From assembly GCA_030693205.1 (NCBI GenBank), contig JAUYBG010000010.1, forward strand, positions 66,059-130,058: DNA of 64,000 nt, given 5' to 3'. The translations under genes were made by a program, and so were the position numbers. Numbering within the stretch: the first letter of the stretch is position 1; each line of letters starts with the position of its first letter. The notes beneath the pieces were generated by a model. It was not told where the DNA came from and did not search any database. It was given only the letters and a program-made list of their open reading frames with translations. The stretch is from a bacterium. Lineage in GTDB: Bacteria > Patescibacteriota > Minisyncoccia > JAHIHE01. Below are positions 38,551 to 47,810 of the stretch, piece after piece.

Positions 38551-39755
38551 AATTTATGATAAAATTATTGGCAAAAAAGATCATTGAATTATATAAGCCG
38601 ACGATCGTCGGGGTTCTTTCTTTTGATTCGGAGTTTGATCCTTCCAGCATCTCTCTCCTTGCTTTATCGAAAAGATTTATTATGGCAAAAAAATCCGTAG
38701 AGGTCAGGAACGCGGATGATGTTATCGGAGGGATCTTGAATATAGAAGCGGGTCAGGGTCCGATCAATAAATTTCTTGCGGCTTTGCATTGGCTGGTCTC
38801 GAAAAAAACCGATTATCCGGAAATAATTTTGTTTGACATTTCCAATCAATGGGTGCTCAGGGAGATGAGAAGCTTGGCTGATTTTTTGAAATTTAATTTT
38901 TTGATAATTTTGCCGCGATCTTCGAAAAAAGATATTATTGACCGGGAAAATATCAGTTTTTTTCTGGCCAAGAATTCAAAGCTTATTTTGAAATCGACCG
39001 ACAGGAATATCTACGAATTTTTGAAAAAAAAGTGCGCGATCCTGACTTATTCTTCCAAAGACTCGGATATTTTCGCGAGTGATATGGTTCTTCAGTCTAA
39101 CGGCGGGATAAAAGGAGCCGCCCGATGCGGGATCAGCTTCAAGATCAATTATAAAGGCAGCCTTTTGCCGGTAAGAATAAATTATAGCATAAACGAAAAA
39201 GAAGTGTGCAATGTTTTGATCGCCACTCTTTTGGGGCTTGAAATGGGGATGAATTTGGTGGAAATTGCCAGTTCTTTTTCCAATTATCGACCGGTAAACA
39301 GCATGAGAGTTCTTAACGGGATAAAGCACAGCGTGATCATTGATAATTCCGATAATTACAATTATGACAGCGCTCATACCGCTTTGGACCATTTTGAAAA
39401 AATAAAAGCCAGCCGAAAAATTATTGTGGCGGGCGATATTTTGGGTTTGGGCGTAAAATCGGAAGATCTGCACCGGGAACTTGCCAGAAAGATCTTTGAA
39501 CAAGGGCTCGATCTGATCTTTTGCGTCGGCGGACGGGGTAATTTTATCTTTGATGAACTGAAAAAGCTTAATTTTCACTCCGACAGGCTTTACAAGTTTG
39601 ATAGCGCGGGCGAGGTGGAAAAGATCCTTCAGCCCAAAATACAGGAAGATGACGTGATATTGATCAGCGGTTCAAAAGAGATCGGACTGGATCTGGTGGT
39701 CAGGCAGATCATGGCCAATCCCACGCCCAATGGCAGGCAGGCGCTGATAAAATAA
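38547..39755 (+). CDS. MurF-like Mur ligase homolog with no recognisable ATP-binding P-loop
   Basis: Conserved Mur-ligase C-terminal blocks VIIDNSDNYNYDSAHTAL, AGDILGLG and ILISGSKEIG, but no GxxGKT/S motif in the N-terminal half. It sits in the dcw position. Confidence 0.45.
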   Translation: MKFMIKLLAKKIIELYKPTIVGVLSFDSEFDPSSISLLALSKRFIMAKKSVEVRNADDVIGGILNIEAGQGPINKFLAALHWLVSKKTDYPEIILFDISNQWVLREMRSLADFLKFNFLIILPRSSKKDIIDRENISFFLAKNSKLILKSTDRNIYEFLKKKCAILTYSSKDSDIFASDMVLQSNGGIKGAARCGISFKINYKGSLLPVRINYSINEKEVCNVLIATLLGLEMGMNLVEIASSFSNYRPVNSMRVLNGIKHSVIIDNSDNYNYDSAHTALDHFEKIKASRKIIVAGDILGLGVKSEDLHRELARKIFEQGLDLIFCVGGRGNFIFDELKKLNFHSDRLYKFDSAGEVEKILQPKIQEDDVILISGSKEIGLDLVVRQIMANPTPNGRQALIK

Positions 39756-39778
39756 AAAGTTTTTTTCAAAAAGTTTTT

Positions 39779-40831
39779 TTAGTAAAAAGCGTTTTTGGCG
39801 ATTTTTTTATGAAGTTTGAGATACCAAGGTTCTAATTTTTGCCAGACGGAATAAGTCTGTTTTTTAATCGGCAGATCGAGGCATCCGACGAACTCGGTAA
39901 TATCCGGATTGAATCCCGATTTAAATCGATAGAGTCCCCACCAAGGACTTTTTTCGTTGCGCTCTTTCAAGGGAGGCACGGCAACCATATCATAGGTTTC
40001 AAAGCCGTTTTGTTTTGCCCATCGCATCGCGGTCCATTGAAGAGCGTAAGGCGACATGGTTTTTTGGGAATTTCTGGAAGAACCGCCGTCTTTGTACCAG
40101 ATTTTTTTGCCGAGATGGTAAGCAAATAAAGCCGCCAAAGGTTCGCCATTGAGCGAGGCGATAAAAATTTTTCCCGAGTTAGCCTCGATGCATTTTTTCC
40201 AATAACTTAAAATATATTCTTTGGGCCGGATAAAAAAATTCGCGCGGCTGCTTGTTTCTTCGTACAGTTCGTACATAATTTTTATCCCTTCCTGGGAGTT
40301 GTCTTCTTTGACAGCGACGCCGTGTTTTTGGGCGAGGCGGATATTGTAGCGGGTTTTTTGTTTGAATCCGGCCAAAATTTCTTCCTCGGTTTTTCGCAAG
40401 TCCACGAAAGTTGTGGCCTTGAACTGGAGGTCAAGTTGTGATTTTATCAATCCCAGCGACGCGTATTTTTTTATTTCTTTCTCGGTTTCAACGATCTCCG
40501 GTTCGATTTTTATAAGGAGAACGTTGTTTTTTTCGGCAATTTCCGCCAGAGATTTCAAAAGATAATGCCATTGATCGCATGAAAAGCTGGATAAGTTCGG
40601 GCCTTTGGGCGCGTACCAGATCCATCCAAAGGGAGTTTTTCTTTTCAAAATTTGAATGGCTAATTTTTTACCATCGTTTTCTTCCAAGATAAAGCGCAAA
40701 GGCTGCCATCCCCATTCCGCCTTGAACTCTCCCCACTGGGAAGATTGTAAAAAATGGCCGCCATCGGGATTGGCGACAATAAGTTCGTTCCAATGATTCT
40801 CTTCTTCTTTTGTGGCTGGGCGAAAAAGCAT
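39779..40831 (-). CDS. FemAB-family peptidoglycan interpeptide-bridge aminoacyltransferase
   Basis: FemAB fold blocks (W...FLQS.QWGEFK..GW..., ...TRYNIRLAQKHGV). Confidence 0.65.
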   Translation of the reverse strand: MLFRPATKEEENHWNELIVANPDGGHFLQSSQWGEFKAEWGWQPLRFILEENDGKKLAIQILKRKTPFGWIWYAPKGPNLSSFSCDQWHYLLKSLAEIAEKNNVLLIKIEPEIVETEKEIKKYASLGLIKSQLDLQFKATTFVDLRKTEEEILAGFKQKTRYNIRLAQKHGVAVKEDNSQEGIKIMYELYEETSSRANFFIRPKEYILSYWKKCIEANSGKIFIASLNGEPLAALFAYHLGKKIWYKDGGSSRNSQKTMSPYALQWTAMRWAKQNGFETYDMVAVPPLKERNEKSPWWGLYRFKSGFNPDITEFVGCLDLPIKKQTYSVWQKLEPWYLKLHKKIAKNAFY

Positions 40832-40899
40832 TAAATTTATTTAAATTTACCCCGTGAAATAAAATCCTGTAAGGATTTTAGAATGCTTTGCATTCTATT

Positions 40900-41877
40900 T
40901 CACTGGGTGAATTTTTTTCCTAATTTATAAAGTTTGAACCAGAAGCCGGAAAAAGGATGATCGTACGCTCCGATATAATGCGTTCTTTTGCCGCCAAAGC
41001 TTTCTTTGAATTTAGTCAGTCCGTGCCACGGATGTTTTTCATCCGCTCCGGCCGGAGAAACGCCATACATATCAAAATTTTCGCAAAGCTTTCTTTTCGC
41101 TTCTTTCATGGCGAACCAGACCAGCGCGTTGGCGGCGCGGTAAGAGCCGCTTGAAGCCGCGTGAATATATGAGGCGGTTTTTCCAAAATAAACCACGATG
41201 CATCCCGAGATTATTTCCGCGCCGATTTTGGCAAAAAACAGATCAACTTGGCCGGCGGGTTTGAGGGCGTTAATAAGCGTTTGATAGTAGGCGATCGGAT
41301 GAGTCCGGAAAGAATCGCGTTTGGCGGTTTTTTCGAGAAGTTCCAGGAAATTTTTTATGCCCGCATCAGTCGAGTCAGTGCAAAGCGCCACATTTTTTTT
41401 GTCAGCTTGCTTGATCTCGTTTCGGCAGCGTTTCTCAAAGCTTTCGAAGATCTCGTGCTCCGCTCGAGAGATATCTATGATCAGCGAATTTTCGGGCTGA
41501 ATGGATTTTTCGGCTTTTTTAAATCCTAAGTTTTGAAGAGCGGAAGCGATTTTCTCGTCGGACGTTTTCGGCTCTATTTTCAGGAAGATCGTATCATGAT
41601 CTTTGGCGATGGATCTAATCTTATTCAAAAAATTTGCAAAGACGGTTTCCGCGTCGTTTTTTTGATTGTCAAAAACCGGGCCATATGGCGCGTAAAAATA
41701 AGTTTTTCCAAAGCGCAGGGGATTGATTATGATCAAAGCTTGCCAGTCGTTTTCTTTTAGGTACAGAACTTCTTTGCCGGCGGCTTTTTGAAATTGACCC
41801 CATGCCCAGGATTGCAAAAAAGAGCCGTCGTGGCTTAAAATAAACGAATCCCAGTTTTCGCGATTTAGTTCTGACAT
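40900..41877 (-). CDS. FemAB-family peptidoglycan interpeptide-bridge aminoacyltransferase (second tandem paralog)
   Basis: The same family blocks (FLQSWAWGQFQ...). Confidence 0.65.
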   Translation of the reverse strand: MSELNRENWDSFILSHDGSFLQSWAWGQFQKAAGKEVLYLKENDWQALIIINPLRFGKTYFYAPYGPVFDNQKNDAETVFANFLNKIRSIAKDHDTIFLKIEPKTSDEKIASALQNLGFKKAEKSIQPENSLIIDISRAEHEIFESFEKRCRNEIKQADKKNVALCTDSTDAGIKNFLELLEKTAKRDSFRTHPIAYYQTLINALKPAGQVDLFFAKIGAEIISGCIVVYFGKTASYIHAASSGSYRAANALVWFAMKEAKRKLCENFDMYGVSPAGADEKHPWHGLTKFKESFGGKRTHYIGAYDHPFSGFWFKLYKLGKKFTQ

Positions 41878-42034
41878 ATTTTTAAATTCTCCAAAGCGCG
41901 TATTTTATTGTATAATTATATGGTATTTGACGAGTAGAGTCAATTTTAATTAATGAACTTTATAACTCGATAACTGCCGAGCTCTTGTTATTTTTCCATT
42001 TTATCGCTAGAATTATGTTATTGGTTATTTGCGG

Positions 42035-42106
42035 GGCCCTATCGTCTAGTGGCTAGGACAGGTGGTTCTCATCCACCAAACAGGGGTCCGATTCCCCTTA
42101 GGGCTA
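42035..42106 (+). tRNA. tRNA-Glu (anticodon CUC)
   Basis: Cloverleaf folded by hand: acceptor GGCCCTA/TAGGGCT, D-arm GTCT-AGTGGCTAG-GAC, anticodon arm GGTGG-TTCTCAT-CCACC, T-arm AGGGG-TCCGATT-CCCCT. It aligns with E. coli tRNA-Glu. Confidence 0.75.
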
Positions 42107-42198
42107 CTAAATAAAATTAATAATTTAAAACCGAGAACGCTAAACGATAAATTCAAAATTTAACGTCGCAGACCCAGCGTTCAAAGTTTATACTATTT

Positions 42199-42942
42199 AT
42201 GCAAGAGAAAAAACAGCAAGCGCCGCAGCAAGCGCAACAAGAAGTAAAAGTTACGGAAGATTTTAACAAAAACATCAAAGACCTGGGGTTGGTGATCCTG
42301 ATCGTAGCCGTCGCCGGCTGGGCGCTTTTTAAGTATGACTCAAGAAATGAAAATAATAATTCAAATAATCAAACTAAAGAACAAACTATGGAAAAACCAG
42401 CGATAAAGCAAGTTGAAAAACCGACCAAAGAGGAAGCCGCGAAATATGACGCGATTGCGGACAAAAAAATCGTGGTTATCGAAACCAATAAAGGCGTAAT
42501 AAAAGCGAAGCTTTATGCGAAAGACGCGCCTTATACGGTGGCGAGTTTTATGAAATTGATCGAAAACGGCTTATATGATGGCTTGATCTTTCATCGGGTA
42601 ATTGCCGGTTTTATGATCCAGGGAGGCGATCCTTACGGAAATGGCACTGGCGGACCCGGCTATAAATTTGACGATGAACTGAATGCAAAAACTGTTTCTT
42701 ACAAGGCAGGCTATAAAAAAGGCGTTCTGGCTATGGCAAATTCCGGTCCGAATACCAACGGCAGTCAGTTTTTTATTATGTTAGAGGACTATCAACTACC
42801 GAAGAACTATACGATTTTTGGAAAAGTTACCGTCGGCCAAGAAGTGGTGGACGCGATTGGCAAAGTGGCGACAGATAAGAGTAATGATAAACCTCTCGAA
42901 GACGTGAAAATAACAAAAGTTTATTTAGAGGATGTAAAATAG
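42199..42942 (+). CDS. Cyclophilin-type peptidyl-prolyl cis-trans isomerase with an N-terminal membrane anchor/linker
   Basis: FHRVIAGFMIQGGDP, GGPGYKF, LAMANSGPNTNGSQFFI. Confidence 0.85.
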   Translation: MQEKKQQAPQQAQQEVKVTEDFNKNIKDLGLVILIVAVAGWALFKYDSRNENNNSNNQTKEQTMEKPAIKQVEKPTKEEAAKYDAIADKKIVVIETNKGVIKAKLYAKDAPYTVASFMKLIENGLYDGLIFHRVIAGFMIQGGDPYGNGTGGPGYKFDDELNAKTVSYKAGYKKGVLAMANSGPNTNGSQFFIMLEDYQLPKNYTIFGKVTVGQEVVDAIGKVATDKSNDKPLEDVKITKVYLEDVK

Positions 42943-42966
42943 TCTCAATTCATAAAATATTTTAAA

Positions 42967-42998
42967 ACGGCTCTCGCGAAGAGAACCGTTTTTTTGTA
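42967..42998 (+). terminator. Rho-independent terminator
   Basis: aacggctctcgcgaagagaaccgttttttt: a stem, then a T-run. Confidence 0.5.
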
Positions 42999-43088
42999 AA
43001 AAAAAGAGGCAGAGCAGCTATATCGCTGGTGCCTTATTGGGCAAGTTTTATTTTTTTACTACATGGTATCCGGTAACTGACATTCTAC

Positions 43089-43381
43089 TGCCGCCAGCGG
43101 GATGGGTACCGACAACGGTAAGCAGATTGTCGTCTTGAGGGGTTACCTTTTCCACTATCAGGTTATAAATGTCTCCTTTTTTAGGCGTTTTAATTAATAT
43201 ATTTTGGCCTACTTCTGGCATTTACAACACCACGATCATTTGGTTGGTTCCGCCGTTGAGATTTACTCCTATAGTTGTTTCTGTGGATTCTCCTTTTTCC
43301 GTTTTTAAAATAACGGCATCGTTGATTTGTTTGCCACGTTTTGCGTTTGCTTGTTGCACAAAATCTCCTTTATTTGCCATA
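43089..43381 (-). pseudogene. Small conserved-looking ORF (about 110 aa) interrupted by a single in-frame TAA
   Basis: Minus strand: MANKGDFVQQ...NQMIVVL-TAA-MPEVGQNILIK...GYHVVKK, in one continuous frame. The function is unknown. Confidence 0.2.
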
Positions 43382-43439
43382 TTTTTTCCTCCAATGTTCT
43401 TTTAAAGCTATTTTTGGCTTATATATTTATAGCACAAAA

Positions 43440-44560
43440 AAGTTATTTTGTCAATAAATTGTATAAGTCCACCCTTTTTTGCACTCCTCGTTAATTTTTA
43501 AATTTCTTGGCAAGGATAGGAGATATTGCACCGGCGATAATTTGTTTTGAAAAGCACAATGCGGTCTTTCGGTATTATACCATAAAAGATAATCAATAAC
43601 TTTTCGGTTGAAATTGTCAGGATTTTCCAACTCTCCTAGATGGTAATCAATGAATTCATCTTGAATCGTGCGGTTGAATCTTTCAATATGCGCGTTCATT
43701 TTAGGAGTTCTGGGGTAGGTATGATAATGAATCAAATGCAAGCGATTTAATTCTTCGTTAAAATGCTTCTTGAATTCAGAGCCGTTATCGGTTAAAACGA
43801 AAGTAAAAGGAAACGGGAAAGCTTTCTGGCAGTAATCAAAAAAATCTTTAGCGGCTTTTGAGGCGTGGCTGGTGGTGGCCCAGGCAAAAGCAAATCTGGT
43901 GTGAATGTCTTCAAAGGTAATTATGTATCTTCTGATTCCGTATACGAATTTCTCTATGGAATCCAAAGCAACCAAATGTCCCGGATATTCTGCTTTAAAA
44001 TCCTTTGGCTTACGCAATACTTTCTTTCTTTTAAGAGGTTTGATCTTGCCAAAATGAGTGACTTTTTGAGGAAATATTCTTAAGCCCCCTAAGTCCATAA
44101 TCAGCCTGCCGATAGTGGAAGATTCGGGGCATCGTTGATTATGCTCTTGGCAGAACTTTTTAAGCAAAGGATGAATTTTATCTTTACCCAGATTGGGATG
44201 CTTGAATCTTAATCGTTTGATTTCAGAGATCACTTCTTCCGGCCACAATCTTTTTCTTCTGATTATTGGGGCTTTGGATTTCTCGTTCAGAGCTTCGGGC
44301 TTTCTGCCGCCGCTGATAAACTTGGCTTTCCAGCCATAGAGAGTTCTCTCCTTGGTCTTAAAGGCATCAAGCGCGGCTTCCAGCCCGTGCTTCTCCCAGA
44401 AAGCCAATACTCGAGCTTTATGCAATGCTTTGGCAGTGATCATATATTGGTATTTTAAGGCGTAATTATACAAGGTGATAAAACCTTTAATACCAGTATA
44501 TTTAGAATGGATTGAATTGTAAAACTCCATTTAGGGTTTCATGGAGTGCAAGATGTATGT
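43440..44560 (-). mobile_element. IS element encoding a DDE transposase (rve integrase core; IS481-like)
   Basis: ORF 43451-44530 (-) carries an rve-type D,D,E core (...VALDSIE..., ...VLTDNGSEF..., ...NAHIERFNRTIQDEF). A 9-bp inverted motif ttgcactcc lies at 43479-43487, and its reverse complement ggagtgcaa at 44541-44549. Confidence 0.6.
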
Positions 44561-44576
44561 GAACTTATGCAATGGA

Positions 44577-45023
44577 CTACTGCGGCAAAACACAGCCGGT
44601 TTTTTCTGCCAATTGGCTCATCGGCACCTCTCCTTCCTTTACCGTACCATCGGAAAATTTCCAAGTCGGATATCCTTTTATGCCGGCATCGTTGCAAACT
44701 TGCGCGAAAGTCCCAGCTTTGCCGTCTACGGTACATTCTTGATAATTCACATATTGAAAAGATGAACCAAACGCCGCTTTTTGATTTTTACAATATATGC
44801 ATGTAAAAGCCCCATACATTTTTGCGCCTTTTTCGGTCAAACATTTGGCAAAATTATCATATTTTGACGGAGCAGACGAAGCTACCGTTGGATTAGGGTC
44901 TACATTTCCAAAACTGGCTTTATTCAAATAAACCGCCCCGACAATTATCAAAAAAAATCCCAGCACTCCGATTATTACGTTTTTATTCATAGTCGTAATG
45001 GATAAATTTAAAGTTATTAACAC
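44577..45023 (-). CDS. Membrane-anchored thioredoxin-fold protein (CxxC)
   Basis: N-terminal TM. CIYC redox motif. GIKGYPTWKF matches the cis-Pro loop region of the Trx/DsbA fold. Confidence 0.45.
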   Translation of the reverse strand: MLITLNLSITTMNKNVIIGVLGFFLIIVGAVYLNKASFGNVDPNPTVASSAPSKYDNFAKCLTEKGAKMYGAFTCIYCKNQKAAFGSSFQYVNYQECTVDGKAGTFAQVCNDAGIKGYPTWKFSDGTVKEGEVPMSQLAEKTGCVLPQ

Positions 45024-45368
45024 TTGCTACTTTGTATTATAGCTCATAAAAGAAAAAAACAAAAGCTTTTATGTAAAATTATTTTCATTTTATTATTATT
45101 ATTTTTATCTTATTTAAAAATCAAAACTGCCGAATCAAATATATAACGCTCAATGGCTTTGTTTTGTGACACTGTATCAATAACTTTAAATAAAAAAAAT
45201 AAAATCTACCGATGTTAAAATCCCTTGCTAAAGCTCTATTCCGTCAATGGTGGATTAAAAGTGGATAACTTCTCTTTATTAACGCGTAAACATTCCATTT
45301 TTAAAACCGACAGCTTGTCGTTTTTTGTTTTATCTAAGCCGTTATTTTTAATTATTGTTGTCAAAACA

Positions 45369-45397
45369 TTGACACTCTTTTTGGGTATGCTATACTT
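45369..45397 (+). promoter_or_regulatory. Strong sigma70-like promoter (TTGACA-16-TATACT) in a gene-free region
   Basis: ttgacactctttttgggtatgctatact. Confidence 0.45.
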
Positions 45398-45403
45398 AGT
45401 TTA

Positions 45404-45640
45404 AGATTATATAAGATAAGTTTGTTTAGTGGGTTTTTGGTTGGTGTATCCTTGATCTTTATAGAGGTCAGAGACACACCAACCAAACAAAACAAAAAAT
45501 CAAAACAAAAAAATCGCCCTTCTGAAAGAATGGCACCAAAAAAACAAACAAACCCCAAAACAAACACAAAATAAAAAAATAAAATTATACTTATATAATC
45601 TCTCTCAAAGCATCGATTCACAGGAATCGATTTTTTGATG
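45404..45640 (+). ncRNA. Putative small RNA (about 240 nt) with a long-range stem and a CA-rich tract, ending at a rho-independent terminator
   Basis: The promoter is at 45369-45397. Stem ttggttggtgt / acaccaaccaa. A (CAAAA)-like low-complexity run. Terminator atcgattcacaggaatcgat + TTTTTT at 45612-45640. No convincing ORF. Confidence 0.3.
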
Positions 45641-45742
45641 TCTTTTTTATTTTTAAATTTATAATCATAAACCGATATTTTAAATTTTAAAAGTGCATGT
45701 AAGCGCTTTAATAAGCTCAAAACAACATTTATCGACAGATAT

Positions 45743-45835
45743 TAAAAGCTCGCCAATTTATTTTTGATTGTACAAGGGGGTTCAGGGGTTCCCCTATACA
45801 AGAAAAAATGATTGGCGAGCTTTGCCAAACACAAT
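45743..45835. repeat. IR-bounded repeat, family C (aaagctcgccaat ... attggcgagcttt with a conserved core ttgattgtacaagggg.ttcaggggttcccctatac), copy 1
   Basis: 13-bp perfect terminal inverted repeats. A second copy lies at 57565-57680. Confidence 0.65.
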
Positions 45836-45845
45836 AGAGCATTAA

Positions 45846-46601
45846 TTAAGATTGGGCCACAAACCACGAAGCCACTACTGCCGCGGTTTCTGCGCGCAAT
45901 GTCAGCTTACCCAAACCAGCTGTTTTAAATTTATCGTTTTTTTCTATTTCATCTTTTACCAGTTTCAGCTCCTCCCCGCTCCAACCGCCTTCCGGGCCGA
46001 TAAAAATTCCGATTTTTTTATTTTTCCCCACTTTTAACTCTTCTCTATCCAATAAAGGATAATTCATTTCAAAAAACAAATTCAGATCATTTTGCTCCGC
46101 GCTTTTCAGCGCTTCGTCGAATTTTTGCGGTTCGTACAAAATCGGTAAAATTCCTCTTCCTGACTGCTCAGCCGCTTCCTTGATAATTTTTTCCAATCTT
46201 TCTTTTTTGAAACCCAATTTTACGGTTCTGGCGGACACCAATGGAACAATTTCCTTTATCCCGCACTCAGTCGCTTTTTGGACCACCCATTCAAAATTCT
46301 CCCGCTTCAAGATCGAACAATATAAAACGCCGTATATTTCCGGCTCATTTTTGTTTATATTATGCTCCAAAATTTCCACTTCCAAAAATTTTTTATCCGA
46401 TTCGATGATCTTCACCGAGGCCTCATTCAATTTTCCATCAGCCAAAATCAAACTGTCGCCTTTCCCGAGACGTAAAACGTTCCTAGCCTGATTTAAAATC
46501 TCCGCATCGTAGATTTTAAAGCGATTTTGTTCCAAACTAAAATTTCCGATAAAACGATGTAAACGCATAAAAATAAATTTATTTTTCTCCCCCAAAACCA
46601 A
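45846..46601 (-). CDS. rsmE: 16S rRNA m3U1498 methyltransferase (the true start is probably MRLHRF, near 46568)
   Basis: The N-terminal PUA-like domain and C-terminal SPOUT domain pattern typical of RsmE. Confidence 0.7.
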   Translation of the reverse strand: MVLGEKNKFIFMRLHRFIGNFSLEQNRFKIYDAEILNQARNVLRLGKGDSLILADGKLNEASVKIIESDKKFLEVEILEHNINKNEPEIYGVLYCSILKRENFEWVVQKATECGIKEIVPLVSARTVKLGFKKERLEKIIKEAAEQSGRGILPILYEPQKFDEALKSAEQNDLNLFFEMNYPLLDREELKVGKNKKIGIFIGPEGGWSGEELKLVKDEIEKNDKFKTAGLGKLTLRAETAAVVASWFVAQS

Positions 46602-47118
46602 TTCTCTTTTGAGGATTGTTTTCTTTTTCTTTAAAAAGTTTTCTTAAGGTATCAAAAACGATTTTAAAACTTTTATCATATTTCTTTTCCAGTCCTTCAA
46701 TTTTAATTCTCAGTTCGCGATTAGTCGCAATCATTTCTTTTAACTTAATGAAAGTTTTGATAATTTGAATATTTACTTGTATTGCTCTTTTGCTATTCAA
46801 AACACTGGAGAGCATAGCAACTCCATGCTCAGTAAAAACCAAAGGCGCTTTTCTTGTTCCGCCCCAACTTGATGTCCCAATTTGGGATATCAAAAATTGC
46901 GATTGCCAAATTTCAACTTCTTTTTTATTAAGCTGAAACATAAATTCTTCTGGAAATCTATCCATATTTCTACGAACAACCCGATTAAGAATTCTCGTTT
47001 CCACCCCATAAAGCTCTGCCAAATCCCTATCAAATATAACTTTCTTGCCTCTGATAAAAAATATTTTACTCTCTATCGTTTCATTAACCAAGATAATTGA
47101 TTGATCTTTTGACGGCAT
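46579..47118 (-). CDS. ORF6N-domain protein (phage antirepressor-like, KilA-N related)
   Basis: IRGKKVIFDRDLAELYGVETRILNRVVRRNMDRFPEEFMFQL...FTEHGVAMLSSVLNSKRAIQVNIQIIKTF matches the ORF6N consensus. Confidence 0.55.
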   Translation of the reverse strand: MPSKDQSIILVNETIESKIFFIRGKKVIFDRDLAELYGVETRILNRVVRRNMDRFPEEFMFQLNKKEVEIWQSQFLISQIGTSSWGGTRKAPLVFTEHGVAMLSSVLNSKRAIQVNIQIIKTFIKLKEMIATNRELRIKIEGLEKKYDKSFKIVFDTLRKLFKEKENNPQKRIGFGGEK

Positions 47119-47166
47119 AAATTTTAAAAAATATTAAAATTAAAATTCGGCGCGCCCCGTACAAAG

Positions 47167-47250
47167 TGCTGGGAGGGAGATTTGAACTCCCAAGGGATTG
47201 CTCCCAATGGCTCCTAAGGCCATCGCGTATGCCAGTTCCGCCATCCCAGC
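47167..47250 (-). tRNA. tRNA-Leu (anticodon UAG), type II with a long variable arm
   Basis: Reverse complement: acceptor GCTGGGA/TCCCAGC, anticodon arm ATGGC-CTTAGGA-GCCAT, long variable arm, T-arm GGGAG-TTCAAAT-CTCCC. Confidence 0.75.
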
Positions 47251-47352
47251 ACTTTAAACGGGGTAAATATGCCCTTTTCCGCCACGGGGGCAACTAATAA
47301 CCCGCTCTATAGCGGGTATAATAGCAACTTTCCTGCAAATTATCAAGTAAAA

Positions 47353-47805
47353 TTATTCGATCTTGAACGGACTTGCCGGGTCTTTTTCCCAGCGAATTTC
47401 GTCAACTTCGCTTTTTTTATCAACCCCTGCATAAAGTTTATCAGGCAAATTTACGCACCACCCGTCAACATCGGAAATACATTTATACCCATGCACTACT
47501 CCGGGAGGAACCAATACGGCTGTTTGATTATCTTGGCCGCCTTCTATTTCCAGTTTTTCTTTATAAGTCGGGCTATCGGCCCTATTATCCCATAAATATA
47601 TCCTGAATTTGCCGGGTCCGATAAAAACAAACAGGTCCGATTGCTCTTTATGCTCATGCGGACCTCGCGCAACGCCCGGCTTTGTCGATGAAATATAGCT
47701 CATTGCCGGCGCATATTTTATTTCGTCATTGCGATAAATTTCCACCAGCCATCCCCGAACATCTTCATTCTTCTTCAATTTTTTGATTACCACTCCTTCG
47801 ATCAT
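47353..47805 (-). CDS. RmlC-like cupin (dTDP-4-dehydrorhamnose 3,5-epimerase family)
   Basis: DVRGWLVEIY...GVARGPHEHK...VLVPPGVVHGY follows the cupin/RmlC pattern. Confidence 0.55.
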   Translation of the reverse strand: MIEGVVIKKLKKNEDVRGWLVEIYRNDEIKYAPAMSYISSTKPGVARGPHEHKEQSDLFVFIGPGKFRIYLWDNRADSPTYKEKLEIEGGQDNQTAVLVPPGVVHGYKCISDVDGWCVNLPDKLYAGVDKKSEVDEIRWEKDPASPFKIE

Positions 47806-47810
47806 ATTTT

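Noticed and set aside
43169-43405. Plus-strand 78-aa ORF next to the IS element
   Set aside because: It overlaps the more coherent minus-strand interrupted ORF (43089-43381) and is hydrophobic low-complexity with no motifs.
45361-45720. 119-aa minus-strand ORF in the rsmE-upstream gap
   Set aside because: It reads through the (CAAAA)n low-complexity tract and has no start context or domains. The region is better explained by the putative sRNA unit on the + strand.
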